64,000 bases of DNA from Gammaproteobacteria bacterium. Its GTDB lineage: Bacteria > Pseudomonadota > Gammaproteobacteria > Eutrophobiales > Eutrophobiaceae. Below the pieces are notes generated by a model, which searched no databases, had not been told where the DNA came from, and saw only the letters and a program-made list of their open reading frames with translations. Within the stretch, counting starts at the first letter, position 1; every line of letters begins with the position of its first letter. Where the stretch lies: positions 15,212-79,211 of the forward strand of contig JBHHYN010000002.1 of NCBI GenBank assembly GCA_046757565.1. Direction: 5' to 3'. The position numbers and the translations under genes were made by a program. Positions 39,710-50,016 of this stretch are shown piece after piece.

Positions 39710-40927
39710 CTATTCCTTGTTACGCAGGTTCAACAGTCTCAGCCGCAAGGCATTCAAGCGGATGAATCCTTCCGCATCTTGCTGCCGGTAGGCACCGGCA
39801 TCGTCCTCAAACGTGGCGATCGCCTCATTAAACAGGCTCTCCTTGTCGGAGCGGCGTCCGCTGATGATCACATTTCCTTTGTAGAGTTTGACACGGACGC
39901 TGCCGTTTACACGGGATTGCGATTCATCAATCATTGTTTGCAACGCCTTGCGCTCAGGAGTCCACCAATAGCCATTATAAACAAGACCGGCATAGCGTGG
40001 CATGAGCTCATCCTTCAGATGGGCGACTTCGCGATCCAGGGTGATGGATTCCATGGCACGGTGGGCCTTCAGCAAAATGGTTCCTCCCGGCGTCTCATAA
40101 CAGCCGCGGGATTTCATCCCGACATAACGGTTCTCGACAATATCTGCCCTGCCCACCCCGTGTTTACCCCCAAGCCTATTCAATTCAGCCAGTACCCTTG
40201 CAGGTGTCATCTGTTTCCCATTGATGGCTGTTACATCCCCCTTGTTGTATTCAAGTTCGATAGTCTCCGCCGTATCGGCGGCCAGTTCCGGCGCAACGGT
40301 CCAGCGCCACATATCCTCGTCAGGCTCCTGCCAGGGGTCTTCGAGCATTCCGCCTTCATAGGATACATGCAACAGGTTCGCGTCCATGGAATAGGGTGAA
40401 CTACCGTCGCGTTTGACCTCAACAGGGATGCCGTGTTGCTGTGCATAGTGCAATAGCTTCTCGCGTGAATTGAGGTCCCATTCGCGCCAGGGGGCAATGA
40501 TCTTTATATTGGGGGCGAGCGCATAGGCCCCCAATTCGAATCGCACCTGATCGTTGCCTTTTCCGGTGGCGCCATGGGCAATGGCGTCAGCGTTGGTTTC
40601 TTCGGCGATTTCAACCAGCCTTTTTGCAATCAGGGGACGGGCGATTGCGGTGCCGAGCAGATATTCTCCCTCATAGAGCGCATTGGCCCGGAACATGGGG
40701 TAGACATAATCCCTGACGAATGCTTCCTTGAGATCTTCAATAAATATCTCTTTGATACCCATTGATTCGGCTTTGTCCCGGGCTGGCGCCACTTCCTCTC
40801 CCTGACCGATATCAGCAGTAAACGTCACCACTTCACAATCGTATTGCTCCTGCAACCATTTCAGGATGATCGATGTATCCAGGCCACCGGAATAGGCCAG
40901 CACCACTTTTGAATATCTGTTTTTCAC
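39710..40927 (-). CDS. argG: Argininosuccinate synthase
   Basis: [14 protein letters not shown]-loop and full-length ArgG similarity. Confidence 0.95.
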   Translation of the reverse strand: MKNRYSKVVLAYSGGLDTSIILKWLQEQYDCEVVTFTADIGQGEEVAPARDKAESMGIKEIFIEDLKEAFVRDYVYPMFRANALYEGEYLLGTAIARPLIAKRLVEIAEETNADAIAHGATGKGNDQVRFELGAYALAPNIKIIAPWREWDLNSREKLLHYAQQHGIPVEVKRDGSSPYSMDANLLHVSYEGGMLEDPWQEPDEDMWRWTVAPELAADTAETIELEYNKGDVTAINGKQMTPARVLAELNRLGGKHGVGRADIVENRYVGMKSRGCYETPGGTILLKAHRAMESITLDREVAHLKDELMPRYAGLVYNGYWWTPERKALQTMIDESQSRVNGSVRVKLYKGNVIISGRRSDKESLFNEAIATFEDDAGAYRQQDAEGFIRLNALRLRLLNLRNKE

Positions 40928-41033
40928 GCTTCAGCCAGCTTCAGGATTAAATGGATAATGCTGAGACAGATTGTAACCCTTGACAGCCAGACCGGGAAGT
41001 ATATGAAAGAAAGGGCCGTCAAGCATAGTTTGT

Positions 41034-41816
41034 TCAGACATACGTTTTTTCCAGAAAGGAGTGGATTCTGTTCGTAACAATCCCGGGTTGTTCGGCGTGC
41101 AGCCAATGGCCGGCATCATCAACCGTATCGATCAGCGCCTGGGGAAAGTATGTACGGATAACAGAAGAGTGCTCCGGCAGTATATAATCGGAGTATTCGC
41201 CCCGTAGAAAAAGCGATGGGCCCGCATAGGTTTGAGAGAAGTCCAATGCGGGAAAACCGGTTAGATGTGTCAGATTGGCATTAATCGCAGGCAGATTGAT
41301 GCGCCAATGATAACTGCTACCGTTGTAGACCAGGTTTTGTAGCAGAAACTGTCTTAATAGGACGTCGGGTATTTCCTTCTGTAGATACCGATCTGCTTGC
41401 TGACGGCTCAAAACATTATCGAGTGGTAACCCGGCAAGGGCATTTAGCAGAGGTTCAAACTGATGATCGTATGCCACGGGGGCAACATCCAGCACCATCA
41501 GACTTGCTATGCGAGATGGTTCGAGCAGGGTGCAGGCCATGGCGACCTTTCCCCCCATGCTGTGACCAATGAGGCTTGCCTTGTCCAGCCTGCATTCGCG
41601 CATGACAGCCAACACGTCCGATGCCATGTCCGTGTAGGTCATGCTATCTGCATGACCACTGTCACCATGGTTCCTTAGATCAACTGTGATCACCTTGCAG
41701 GTGTCCGCCAGTTGTCCGGCGATGGTGGACCAGTTCCGTTTCGACCCGAACAAGCCATGCAGAATAATAACGGGTTCGCCCTGACCCAGCATTCGGTAAC
41801 TCAGTTGTACAGACAT
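41034..41816 (-). CDS. Alpha/beta hydrolase (YbfF-like esterase)
   Basis: ILHGLFGS...GHSMGG nucleophile elbow, 260 aa. Confidence 0.8.
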   Translation of the reverse strand: MSVQLSYRMLGQGEPVIILHGLFGSKRNWSTIAGQLADTCKVITVDLRNHGDSGHADSMTYTDMASDVLAVMRECRLDKASLIGHSMGGKVAMACTLLEPSRIASLMVLDVAPVAYDHQFEPLLNALAGLPLDNVLSRQQADRYLQKEIPDVLLRQFLLQNLVYNGSSYHWRINLPAINANLTHLTGFPALDFSQTYAGPSLFLRGEYSDYILPEHSSVIRTYFPQALIDTVDDAGHWLHAEQPGIVTNRIHSFLEKTYV

Positions 41817-42074
41817 GGGCTTTTTATTATCATTTCATCTCGTTCTTTCAGAAATTTATTGTATCGACATTTCAAAGCCTGAACCTGTCCTTAAGGCGTA
41901 TCGAATTATCGGCTAAATACGTCAATGAGGCTCTGATTCTTCACCCTTGTAGGATCATCGTCAAAGCGGTATTCGATCCGGTACAACCGCTCCATGGAAT
42001 AAAACTGCCAGTGGGTATAGGTAAGGGACTGACCACGGTTTTTCACATGGCTTGGTGATATTCGGGTTGAGTGT

Positions 42075-43379
42075 CTATTTCTTCGCCGTGATATGCACAA
42101 TCTGGTTTGAATGGCTACCCTGCGGGCTTTCACTAATGTATACCAGGTTTGCTTTGGCCAAGGTAATCATACTACCATTATCCAGTAAACGGTTTTCTAC
42201 AGCCAGAGAGATGTTGTCGCTATTTTTCAAACGGCATTTGCTGATGCGATGTCCATTAACGAAGGTACCGTTCGTGCTGTCCAGATCAACCACATAGGAT
42301 TGCCCCTGAACAGTGACAATTTTGGCGTGGTGACCACTGATAAAACGGTTATCAAGGCGGATTTCATTACCTTCAAAACGACCGATGCTGACGATTTCCT
42401 TTTCCAGCAAGTATTCCCTTTTTTCCTCGTTGCCACTTACCTGAATAATAACTTTCGGCGGCTGCTGATCCAGACTGTAGATATCCTGTGGGAGAATCGT
42501 TTCCGTTGCTCTTTCGCTGTATGGCTTCCATTGTAATTCCATGGTCACTTCTTCAACCATCTGCAGTGTAATTTTCGATTTATTATCCACAAAGGCAGAC
42601 AGCATGGCGGTGTCACACAGAATATTAATCAGGCGAGGTATGCCGCCGCTGTAATGGTGTATAAACGGGATAGTGTTTTTCGCAAACAGTTTTTTTTCCC
42701 TGTTCTGGCCTGCCAGTGCAAGCCGATGCTCTATATATTCTGCTGTCTCGTCTTTGCTCAGTGCACTCAGATGAAAACGGAAGCGGATACGCTGGTTAAG
42801 CTGTTCCATGCCCGGCGTATCAATAATTGCTTTTAACTCCGGCTGACCGACCAGGATTAAATTCAGCATCCTCCCCTTGCTGGTTTCAAGCCCTGTCATC
42901 AGTCGTACTTCTTCCAACACCCGCGCAGACAGGTTTTGGGCCTCATCTATGATCAGTACCACCTGTCTGTCCTGCTCATTTTTTTCCTTTAAAAACTTAT
43001 TGAGCATGGCAAATAATTCAACCTTGCTGGCCGCATTAAAAGGTTGCAGTCCTAATTCCACCAGTATCGACTGATAAAACTCCAGTTCATCAAGCTGTGT
43101 TTGATGGATCTTGGCCACCAGCACATTCTTGTTCATATTTGCCAACAGGCTATGAATCAATGTGGTTTTGCCAGAACCAATTTCGCCGGTGATGACAACA
43201 AAACTGTCGCGGTTCCAGATTCCATATTCCATATACGCCTTGGCACGCCTGTGGGCCTTGCTCAGGTATAGGAAGTTATGATCCGGCGTCAGTTGGAAGG
43301 GCTGCTTATTGAGACCAAAAAATTCGTTATATAAGGTAATTGGTTCCTTCATAAATATTGGTCTTTGTCGTCCACTCAA
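42075..43379 (-). CDS. ExeA/GspA-like P-loop ATPase fused to C-terminal FHA domain
   Basis: LYNEFFGLNKQPFQLTPD...GEIGSGKTT (AAA_22/ExeA-like), plus C-terminal GR...SGHHAKI...DLDSTNGTFVNG FHA signature. No TM. Confidence 0.75.
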   Translation of the reverse strand: MSGRQRPIFMKEPITLYNEFFGLNKQPFQLTPDHNFLYLSKAHRRAKAYMEYGIWNRDSFVVITGEIGSGKTTLIHSLLANMNKNVLVAKIHQTQLDELEFYQSILVELGLQPFNAASKVELFAMLNKFLKEKNEQDRQVVLIIDEAQNLSARVLEEVRLMTGLETSKGRMLNLILVGQPELKAIIDTPGMEQLNQRIRFRFHLSALSKDETAEYIEHRLALAGQNREKKLFAKNTIPFIHHYSGGIPRLINILCDTAMLSAFVDNKSKITLQMVEEVTMELQWKPYSERATETILPQDIYSLDQQPPKVIIQVSGNEEKREYLLEKEIVSIGRFEGNEIRLDNRFISGHHAKIVTVQGQSYVVDLDSTNGTFVNGHRISKCRLKNSDNISLAVENRLLDNGSMITLAKANLVYISESPQGSHSNQIVHITAKK

Positions 43380-43583
43380 AAAGAATACACATATTCATCT
43401 GTAGTGAGTTTGACACAGATATGGCTGTAATTCCAGATAACCCCTGAGTTGACAACAAGTTGTATTTTGTTTAATTGTTTTCAGTATTCGACGCAATCTG
43501 TTTGTTTCACAGGGGATTTGAGACAGGTTCTAATCATCTCCCCCTTTATTCCCTATGGCCGATAATGATTAATTGCCGGGGGT

Positions 43584-44024
43584 TTACTTTGGTAATCTAT
43601 CCTCATTCAAACAGTTCCTGGGCCATATCCCGAGGTAGTGCAAATCCTCATCGATGCCATCCATGACATCATAATCTTTGAATGCCTGTTTCCCCACCCA
43701 GGCATAGTCCGTGTGTTCATCATTCAACTCTATTTCACCCTGCAGCCATCGGTAATGATAGAGATAAATACGGTAAATACCTCCATAAAAGCTATCGTAT
43801 AATGGTCCCATTTGGTTGACGAGTTCGATATTGAAATGGCCGCCGATTTCCTCGTTCAGTTCGCGTAATGAGCAGGCGACGGGCGCTTCATCGGCCTCGA
43901 TATGACCTGCCGGGAACCCCCAAAGTCCCGGTCCCAGTTTCAGGTGTCGGCTCCTTTTCAATAACAGAATTTCATTTTGATCATTTTCCAGGACATTGAT
44001 GGAAAAGCGGGCTTCGATTGTCAT
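43584..44024 (-). CDS. NUDIX hydrolase
   Basis: GFPAGHIEADEAPVACSLRELNEEIG Nudix box (GX5EX7REUXEEXGU). Confidence 0.85.
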   Translation of the reverse strand: MTIEARFSINVLENDQNEILLLKRSRHLKLGPGLWGFPAGHIEADEAPVACSLRELNEEIGGHFNIELVNQMGPLYDSFYGGIYRIYLYHYRWLQGEIELNDEHTDYAWVGKQAFKDYDVMDGIDEDLHYLGIWPRNCLNEDRLPK

Positions 44025-44086
44025 TGGACCATAATCAATGCAGTGGCAATCCCTGTCCGGGTTTAGGTTATCTCCCGGGGCAGGGT

Positions 44087-45412
44087 CTAAAGCAGTATTT
44101 GCCGGATGTCAGTCAAGACCGTGCTCAGATAGCGCGTAAACTCCGCTCCCGCGACACCATCGATGACGCGGTGATCGTAGGACACCGAAAACGGCAGTAT
44201 GGTGCGTGGTTCAAACTGGCCATCAACATACACGGGTTTAATGGTGGAGCGGGATACACCGAGGATAGCGACTTCCGGTGTATTCACAATCGGCGTGAAG
44301 TGGGTACCGCCTATGTGTCCCAGGCTGGAGATGGTAAAACATCCGCCCTGCATCTCTGCCGGCGTGAGTTTCTTGTCACGTGCCTTCTGCGCCAGTTCCT
44401 CCAGTTCTTTGGCCAGTTCGAACAGGCCTTTCAGATCGGCATCCCGGATCACCGGTACCATCAGTCCGGAATCCGTATTCACGGCAAAGCCAATATGAAA
44501 ATAGTTTTTCATGATCAACTCGTCACCACCGGGACTGAGTGAGGAGTTGAAATCCGGAAATTCTTTCAGGGCGTCAACAACTGCCTTGACCAGAAAACTC
44601 AGCAGGGTCAGCTTTACACCATTACGGTCAGCTTCCTTTTTCCTGGATTGCCTGAATTCTTCCAACTCGCTGATGTCCGCCTCATCAAACTGGGTAACAT
44701 GAGGGACATTGATCCAACTGCGGTGAACATTCTGGCCGCCGAGACGTTTCAGGCGTGGCAAGGCCCGGGCTTCAACCGGGCCAAATCTGGAAAAATCAAC
44801 AGGTGGTATCTCCGGCAGGGAAACCCCCCCGCCACGATCAAACACGCGGTCGCTGGACATGACCGCCTTGGTAAAGGCCATGACATCTTCTCTCAGGATG
44901 CGGCCCTTGGCGCCACTGCCGCGTACCAGTCCCAGGTCGACCCCCAGTTCCCGGGCGAATTTTCTCACCGATGGGCTGGCATGGGCCTTTGCCGAGCGGC
45001 TGCCGCCGACCACTTCCGAACTGCGGGGCGTCGCCGGGGCAGGTCTTAGTCCTGACGGTAATGTTTGTTCAACCGGCGTTGCTGCCTGCTGTTCAACCGG
45101 TGGCTGCTCCTTATCTCTCTGGATTTTTTGCACAGGTTCCTGTTTTTGTGGAGAAGAACCGGTAGCTGTTTCATCTTCTTCCAAAATCAGGACAGGCGTG
45201 CCTTGCGACGCACTGTCACCTACCTTGATCTTCACCTCTTTGACGATGCCGGTGGCAGGCGAGGGAATATCCATGGTTGCCTTGTCACTTTCCAGGGTAA
45301 TCAAGGTGTCCTCTTTGGCGACATTATCGCCCGGTTTTACCGCTATTTCGATGACCTCCACGGCATCGAAGTCACCGATATCGGGTACTTTAATTTCTTG
45401 TAGTTTACTCAA
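44087..45412 (-). CDS. aceF: Dihydrolipoamide acetyltransferase E2 of pyruvate dehydrogenase (single lipoyl domain)
   Basis: Lipoyl-lysine motif ESDKATMD, an Ala/Pro linker, a peripheral subunit-binding domain and a catalytic DHRVIDG. Confidence 0.93.
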   Translation of the reverse strand: MSKLQEIKVPDIGDFDAVEVIEIAVKPGDNVAKEDTLITLESDKATMDIPSPATGIVKEVKIKVGDSASQGTPVLILEEDETATGSSPQKQEPVQKIQRDKEQPPVEQQAATPVEQTLPSGLRPAPATPRSSEVVGGSRSAKAHASPSVRKFARELGVDLGLVRGSGAKGRILREDVMAFTKAVMSSDRVFDRGGGVSLPEIPPVDFSRFGPVEARALPRLKRLGGQNVHRSWINVPHVTQFDEADISELEEFRQSRKKEADRNGVKLTLLSFLVKAVVDALKEFPDFNSSLSPGGDELIMKNYFHIGFAVNTDSGLMVPVIRDADLKGLFELAKELEELAQKARDKKLTPAEMQGGCFTISSLGHIGGTHFTPIVNTPEVAILGVSRSTIKPVYVDGQFEPRTILPFSVSYDHRVIDGVAGAEFTRYLSTVLTDIRQILL

Positions 45413-45442
45413 ATCATATAGCCCATGAATAATTATTAACAG

Positions 45443-45641
45443 TTAACCACAGAGACACGGAGTACACAGAGAATTTCAATTTCTTATCAATTGTAATTTT
45501 TAACTCTGTGTTCTCAGTAGCTCTATATTTTAATCAAATACTTCTCCAGGTAATTTTTATTTATTAACCACGAAGCCCACGAAGGTATTTAAATTCTGTT
45601 CAATCGTAATTATTTTTACTCTGTGTTCTCTGTGTCTCCGT
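45443..45641. repeat. Complex repeat structure in aceE-aceF spacer: two diverged ~75-bp direct repeats plus a 17-bp long-range inverted repeat built from ACACRGAG octamers
   Basis: 45443-45522 and 45563-45633 both start TTAACCAC and end TACTCTGTGTTCTC. 45446-45471 CCACAGAGACACGGAGTACACAGAGAA pairs with 45617-45641 TTCTCTGTGTCTCCGTG (one bulge). Confidence 0.8.
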
Positions 45642-45658
45642 GATTATATATAAAAATT

Positions 45659-48316
45659 TTATACGGTGATCGGGTTGGGTTTTTCCGGATCGATGTTGTA
45701 TTTCCTGATTGCTTCACTGACTCTGGATGCAGGGATCTGGCCTTCATCCGCCAGGGCTGTCAAGGCGGCGATGACGATATAATAACGGCTTACCTCGAAG
45801 AAGCGGCGTAATTTCTCCCGGCCGTCGCTGCGACCGAAACCATCGGTACCCAGCACCACATACCGGTTGGGGATAAAATTTCGGATCTGATCGGCGTATG
45901 TCTTGATGTAATCGGTGGCGGCGATAACGGGTCCTATATGACCTTTAAGACATTTCTCTACGTAACACTCCTTAGCTCTGGATTCCGGGTGCATCATGTT
46001 CCAGCGTTTCACATCAAGTCCCTCACGTCTCAGTTCATTAAAACTGGTGGCGCTCCAGATATCCGCATCGACACTGAAATCATCCTTTAGAAGATCCCCT
46101 GCCGCTATGACTTCACGCAGAATTGTGCCCGATCCCATGAGTTGCACTTTTAGCTTCTTCCTGCCGCCCTTGCGCAGGAGGTATAAACCTTTCAAGATCC
46201 CTTCTTCGATGCCGTCCGGCATCGGTGGGTGCTCATAGTTCTCATTCATGACGGTGATGTAGTAATAGATATCTTCCTCTTTTTCATGCATCCGTTTCAA
46301 ACCGTCATGGATAATGGTGGCCAGCTCATAGGCATAGGTGGGATCATAGGAGACGCAATTCGGGATCATGGACGCAATTAGATGACTATGACCGTCCTGG
46401 TGTTGCAAACCTTCCCCGGCAAGGGTGGTCCTGCCCGCTGTACCTCCCAGCAGGAAACCACGCGATCGAATATCGCCAGCCGCCCAGGCAAGATCGCCAA
46501 TACGCTGAAAGCCGAACATGGAATAGAAGATATAGAAAGGGAGCATTCTTACACCGTGATATTTATAGGCCGTCGCAGCAGCGATCCATGACGAGAACGC
46601 GCCCGCTTCATTGATCCCTTCTTCCAGGATTTGACCTTTTTTGTCCTCCCGGTAATACATGACCTGGGCACTGTCCACGGGTTCATAGAGCTGACCGATC
46701 GATGAATAGATGCCCAATTGCCGGAACATACCTTCCATGCCGAAGGTGCGTGCTTCATCCGGGATAATCGGTACAACGTATTTACCGATATCTTTATCGC
46801 GGATCAGGGTGTTGAGTATGCGCACGAATGCCATGGTTGTGGAAATTGCCCTGCCTGCTGTGCCTTCAAGCAGTTTTTCGTGAATAGTGACATCCGGGAT
46901 CTTGTGAGGACGTGACTTGCGACGGCCGGAAAACAGCGGGCCGCCCAGTTTTTCACGTTGTTTATGCATGTAGCGGATTTCCGGACTGTCATTGGCAGGT
47001 CGGTAGAAGGGGGCATTGACAATCTCTTCATCTGAAATAGGAATGTTGAAACGCTCCCTGAAGGCCTTCAAGGCATCATCCCCCATCTTCTTTTGTTGAT
47101 GGGTGATATTCTGGCCCTCACCGGCTTCACCCATGCCATAACCTTTCACTGTTTTCGCCAATATCACTGTCGGCTGGCCTTTATGATTGACGGCAGCCGT
47201 ATACGCCGCATAGACTTTATGGGGATCGTGACCGCCACGGTTCAACCGCCAGATGTCCTGATCCGTCATATTGGCCACCATGGCCTTGAGTTCCGGGTAT
47301 TTTCCAAAAAATTTTTCCCTGACATAAGCGCCATCATTCGCTTTATAAGCCTGATATTCACCGTCGACCGCTTCTTCCATGCGTTTATACAGGAGTCCAT
47401 GGGTGTCTCTGGCCAACAGCGGGTCCCAGTAGGATCCCCATATTACCTTGATCACATTCCAGCCAGCGCCACGGAATTCCGCCTCCAGCTCCTGGATAAT
47501 CTTGCTGTTTCCCCGGACAGGGCCGTCCAACCGTTGCAGATTGCAATTGATAACGAAAATGAGGTTATCGAGTTTTTCACGAGCGGCCAGTCCGATGGAG
47601 CCCATCGCTTCCGGTTCATCCATTTCGCCATCGCCCATGAACGCCCATATCTTGCGTTCACTGGGCTGGATTAAATCGCGATCTTCAAGGTAACGCATAA
47701 ACCGGGCCTGGTAGATGGCCATAAGCGGGCCCAGTCCCATGGAGACAGTGGGAAACTGCCAGAAATCAGGCATCAACCAGGGATGCGGGTAGGAAGGCAG
47801 ACCGTTACCGTCTACCTCTTGCCTGAAATTATGGAGTTTCTCCTTGCTGATAGAACCGTATACATAGGCACGGGCATAGATACCGGGGGCGGAATGACCC
47901 TGAACAAAGACCAGATCACCGCTATGTTCTTTCGTGGCAGCCTTGAAGAAGTGATTGAAGCCGACATCATACAGGGTCGCGGAGGAGGCGAAACTGGCGA
48001 TATGTCCGCCCAGTTCACTATTGAAGCGATTGGCCTTAACGACCATGGCCAGGGCGTTCCAGCGCACCAGCGAGCGTATGCGCCACTCCAGATCGTGGTC
48101 GCCCGGTGAGCGTGCCTCTTTCGAAGGCGGTATGGTATTCAAATAGGCGGTATTCGCGGAATAGGGCAGATAGGCGCCGGATCTTCTCGCCTTGGCGATA
48201 AGTTGTTCCAGCAGAAAATGGGCCCGCTCAATACCCTCCTGGGCCAGGACAGAGTCCAGCGCTTCCAGCCATTCCCGGGTCTCCTGTGGATCAATATCTT
48301 TTTGCAGTTCTGCCAT
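45659..48316 (-). CDS. aceE: Pyruvate dehydrogenase E1 component
   Basis: 885 aa, homodimeric-type E1 with a ThDP-binding region. aceE-aceF order. Confidence 0.95.
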   Translation of the reverse strand: MAELQKDIDPQETREWLEALDSVLAQEGIERAHFLLEQLIAKARRSGAYLPYSANTAYLNTIPPSKEARSPGDHDLEWRIRSLVRWNALAMVVKANRFNSELGGHIASFASSATLYDVGFNHFFKAATKEHSGDLVFVQGHSAPGIYARAYVYGSISKEKLHNFRQEVDGNGLPSYPHPWLMPDFWQFPTVSMGLGPLMAIYQARFMRYLEDRDLIQPSERKIWAFMGDGEMDEPEAMGSIGLAAREKLDNLIFVINCNLQRLDGPVRGNSKIIQELEAEFRGAGWNVIKVIWGSYWDPLLARDTHGLLYKRMEEAVDGEYQAYKANDGAYVREKFFGKYPELKAMVANMTDQDIWRLNRGGHDPHKVYAAYTAAVNHKGQPTVILAKTVKGYGMGEAGEGQNITHQQKKMGDDALKAFRERFNIPISDEEIVNAPFYRPANDSPEIRYMHKQREKLGGPLFSGRRKSRPHKIPDVTIHEKLLEGTAGRAISTTMAFVRILNTLIRDKDIGKYVVPIIPDEARTFGMEGMFRQLGIYSSIGQLYEPVDSAQVMYYREDKKGQILEEGINEAGAFSSWIAAATAYKYHGVRMLPFYIFYSMFGFQRIGDLAWAAGDIRSRGFLLGGTAGRTTLAGEGLQHQDGHSHLIASMIPNCVSYDPTYAYELATIIHDGLKRMHEKEEDIYYYITVMNENYEHPPMPDGIEEGILKGLYLLRKGGRKKLKVQLMGSGTILREVIAAGDLLKDDFSVDADIWSATSFNELRREGLDVKRWNMMHPESRAKECYVEKCLKGHIGPVIAATDYIKTYADQIRNFIPNRYVVLGTDGFGRSDGREKLRRFFEVSRYYIVIAALTALADEGQIPASRVSEAIRKYNIDPEKPNPITV

Positions 48317-48513
48317 TACTTATGTACCGTCCAGACCGGAGCGACAGACAAATCCGGTAAGTACTGAACTCTTCAAAGTTTCCGTGGATAACATATCCTT
48401 CCTTATGGTTTATTATGAAAGACCTGATGCTGTAGTGCTGATTCCAAGCATCGTTTTATTCAGCTAGTGTACTACAGTTTGAAATTCATTATTAATTATA
48501 TGGATAACCATCA

Positions 48514-50007
48514 ATGACCCCGATAAGCCTGAAACTCATTCAGCAAGCCCGGATCCCAACGAAAAAACAGGTGGATAGTGTCTTACACTGGATTATTATC
48601 TTTCCCTGTCCCGTAGACAATATATCGGCGGAAAAATTTCCCTATGCCCGCCTACTGAACAGCCGGCGCGAACGTCTGGATAAGAAAACACCCGATTCTG
48701 AGCCTGTCACTACCGATCTGCCCAACGCCGCCGGCAGCCGTGTCGCCTTAGCCTGTCTTGAGCCTGACACGGAGGCGTTCAAATTGTTGACCCTCTCCAG
48801 AAAACTGGTGGCGGTGCATAGTCACAGCAAGGCGACACAAATAGGTATAGCCATTCATGGCTTTTTGCCGGAACAGGCGGAACGAATTGCCGAGGCCGTT
48901 ATCGCTGCGGCCTGTAGCGCTGCGGCGAAGATGCCGGACTACAAAAGTAACAGGGAGAAACAGTCATCGCCCAGGCGCCTCCATCTTTATGGAGTCAGGA
49001 CCCGGCATGGCTTCAAACGTACACTCGCCGAGGCCCAGGGCAATGCCGTCAGCCGTTATTTAAGTACATTGCCGTCTAACAGATTAACGCCAGGTCTGTA
49101 TCTGCGGCAGATTCGCAGGCTTGCCAAAGAATATGGCTGGAAGCTGGAGTTCATGGATGAAAGGGCGCTGCGAAAAAAAAAGGCCGGCGCCTTTCTTGCT
49201 GTGTCCAAAGGAAGTCCCACACAGGATGCCGGAATTGTCCGTTTACGCTATCAGCCACCTGCGTCATCGCGGCGTGGCAAGGTGGCGCTGGTTGGTAAAG
49301 GTATATGTTACGATACCGGCGGCACCAATCTGAAACCGGCCAAGTTTATGTTCGGCATGCACGAGGACATGCAGGGCAGTGCTGTAGCGCTGGGGACGCT
49401 GATCGCCTTGTCCCGGTTGAAAGTCCGGTTTCCGGTCGAATGCTGGCTGGCCCTGGCCATGAATCATATCGGTCCCCGCGCCTATAAACCCAATGACGTA
49501 GTCACGGCAGCGGACGGTACGAGCATAGAGATCGTGCATACCGATGCTGAGGGAAGAATGGTGCTGGCCGATACTCTGGTGATGGCGTCGAAGAAAAAAC
49601 CACGGCTGCTTATCGATTACGCTACCTTGACCGGCGCCTGTGTCTACTCACTCGGTAGCGCCTACAGTGGCGTGTTTACTAACAGAGATGGGTTCATTCC
49701 AATACTGATCGAAACGGGAAAGGAGAGCGGTGAACGGGTCTGGCCATTTCCTATGGACGCGGATTATGACAAGGCCATTGAAAGCGATATCGCTGATGTG
49801 AAACAGTGTGCACTGGAGGGTGGCGCCGATCACATCCTGGCAGCGAGATTTTTACAGCGCTTCGTTAAAGAAGATACGCCCTGGATACATATGGATCTGG
49901 CGAGCAGTAATTGTAAGGGCGGGCTTGCGCATATACCGACGGATACCACAGGGTTCGGGATCAGGTATACATTGCATTTGTTGCTGGACAAGAAAATTAT
50001 CGATTAG
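48514..50007 (+). CDS. M17-family leucyl aminopeptidase
   Basis: VGKGICYDTGGTNLKP and NTDAEGRM metal/active-site motifs of M17 peptidases. Confidence 0.88.
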   Translation: MTPISLKLIQQARIPTKKQVDSVLHWIIIFPCPVDNISAEKFPYARLLNSRRERLDKKTPDSEPVTTDLPNAAGSRVALACLEPDTEAFKLLTLSRKLVAVHSHSKATQIGIAIHGFLPEQAERIAEAVIAAACSAAAKMPDYKSNREKQSSPRRLHLYGVRTRHGFKRTLAEAQGNAVSRYLSTLPSNRLTPGLYLRQIRRLAKEYGWKLEFMDERALRKKKAGAFLAVSKGSPTQDAGIVRLRYQPPASSRRGKVALVGKGICYDTGGTNLKPAKFMFGMHEDMQGSAVALGTLIALSRLKVRFPVECWLALAMNHIGPRAYKPNDVVTAADGTSIEIVHTDAEGRMVLADTLVMASKKKPRLLIDYATLTGACVYSLGSAYSGVFTNRDGFIPILIETGKESGERVWPFPMDADYDKAIESDIADVKQCALEGGADHILAARFLQRFVKEDTPWIHMDLASSNCKGGLAHIPTDTTGFGIRYTLHLLLDKKIID

Positions 50008-50016
50008 TTATCAGAC

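Noticed and set aside
41906-42133. 75-aa minus-strand ORF overlapping the 3' end of the ExeA-FHA gene
   Set aside because: Arg-rich N-terminus in an alternative frame of a real gene. Only ~56 codons are non-overlapping. Insufficient evidence.
44859-45428. 189-aa plus-strand ORF opposite aceF
   Set aside because: Antisense shadow of a conserved gene. Ala/Ser/Pro-rich translation.
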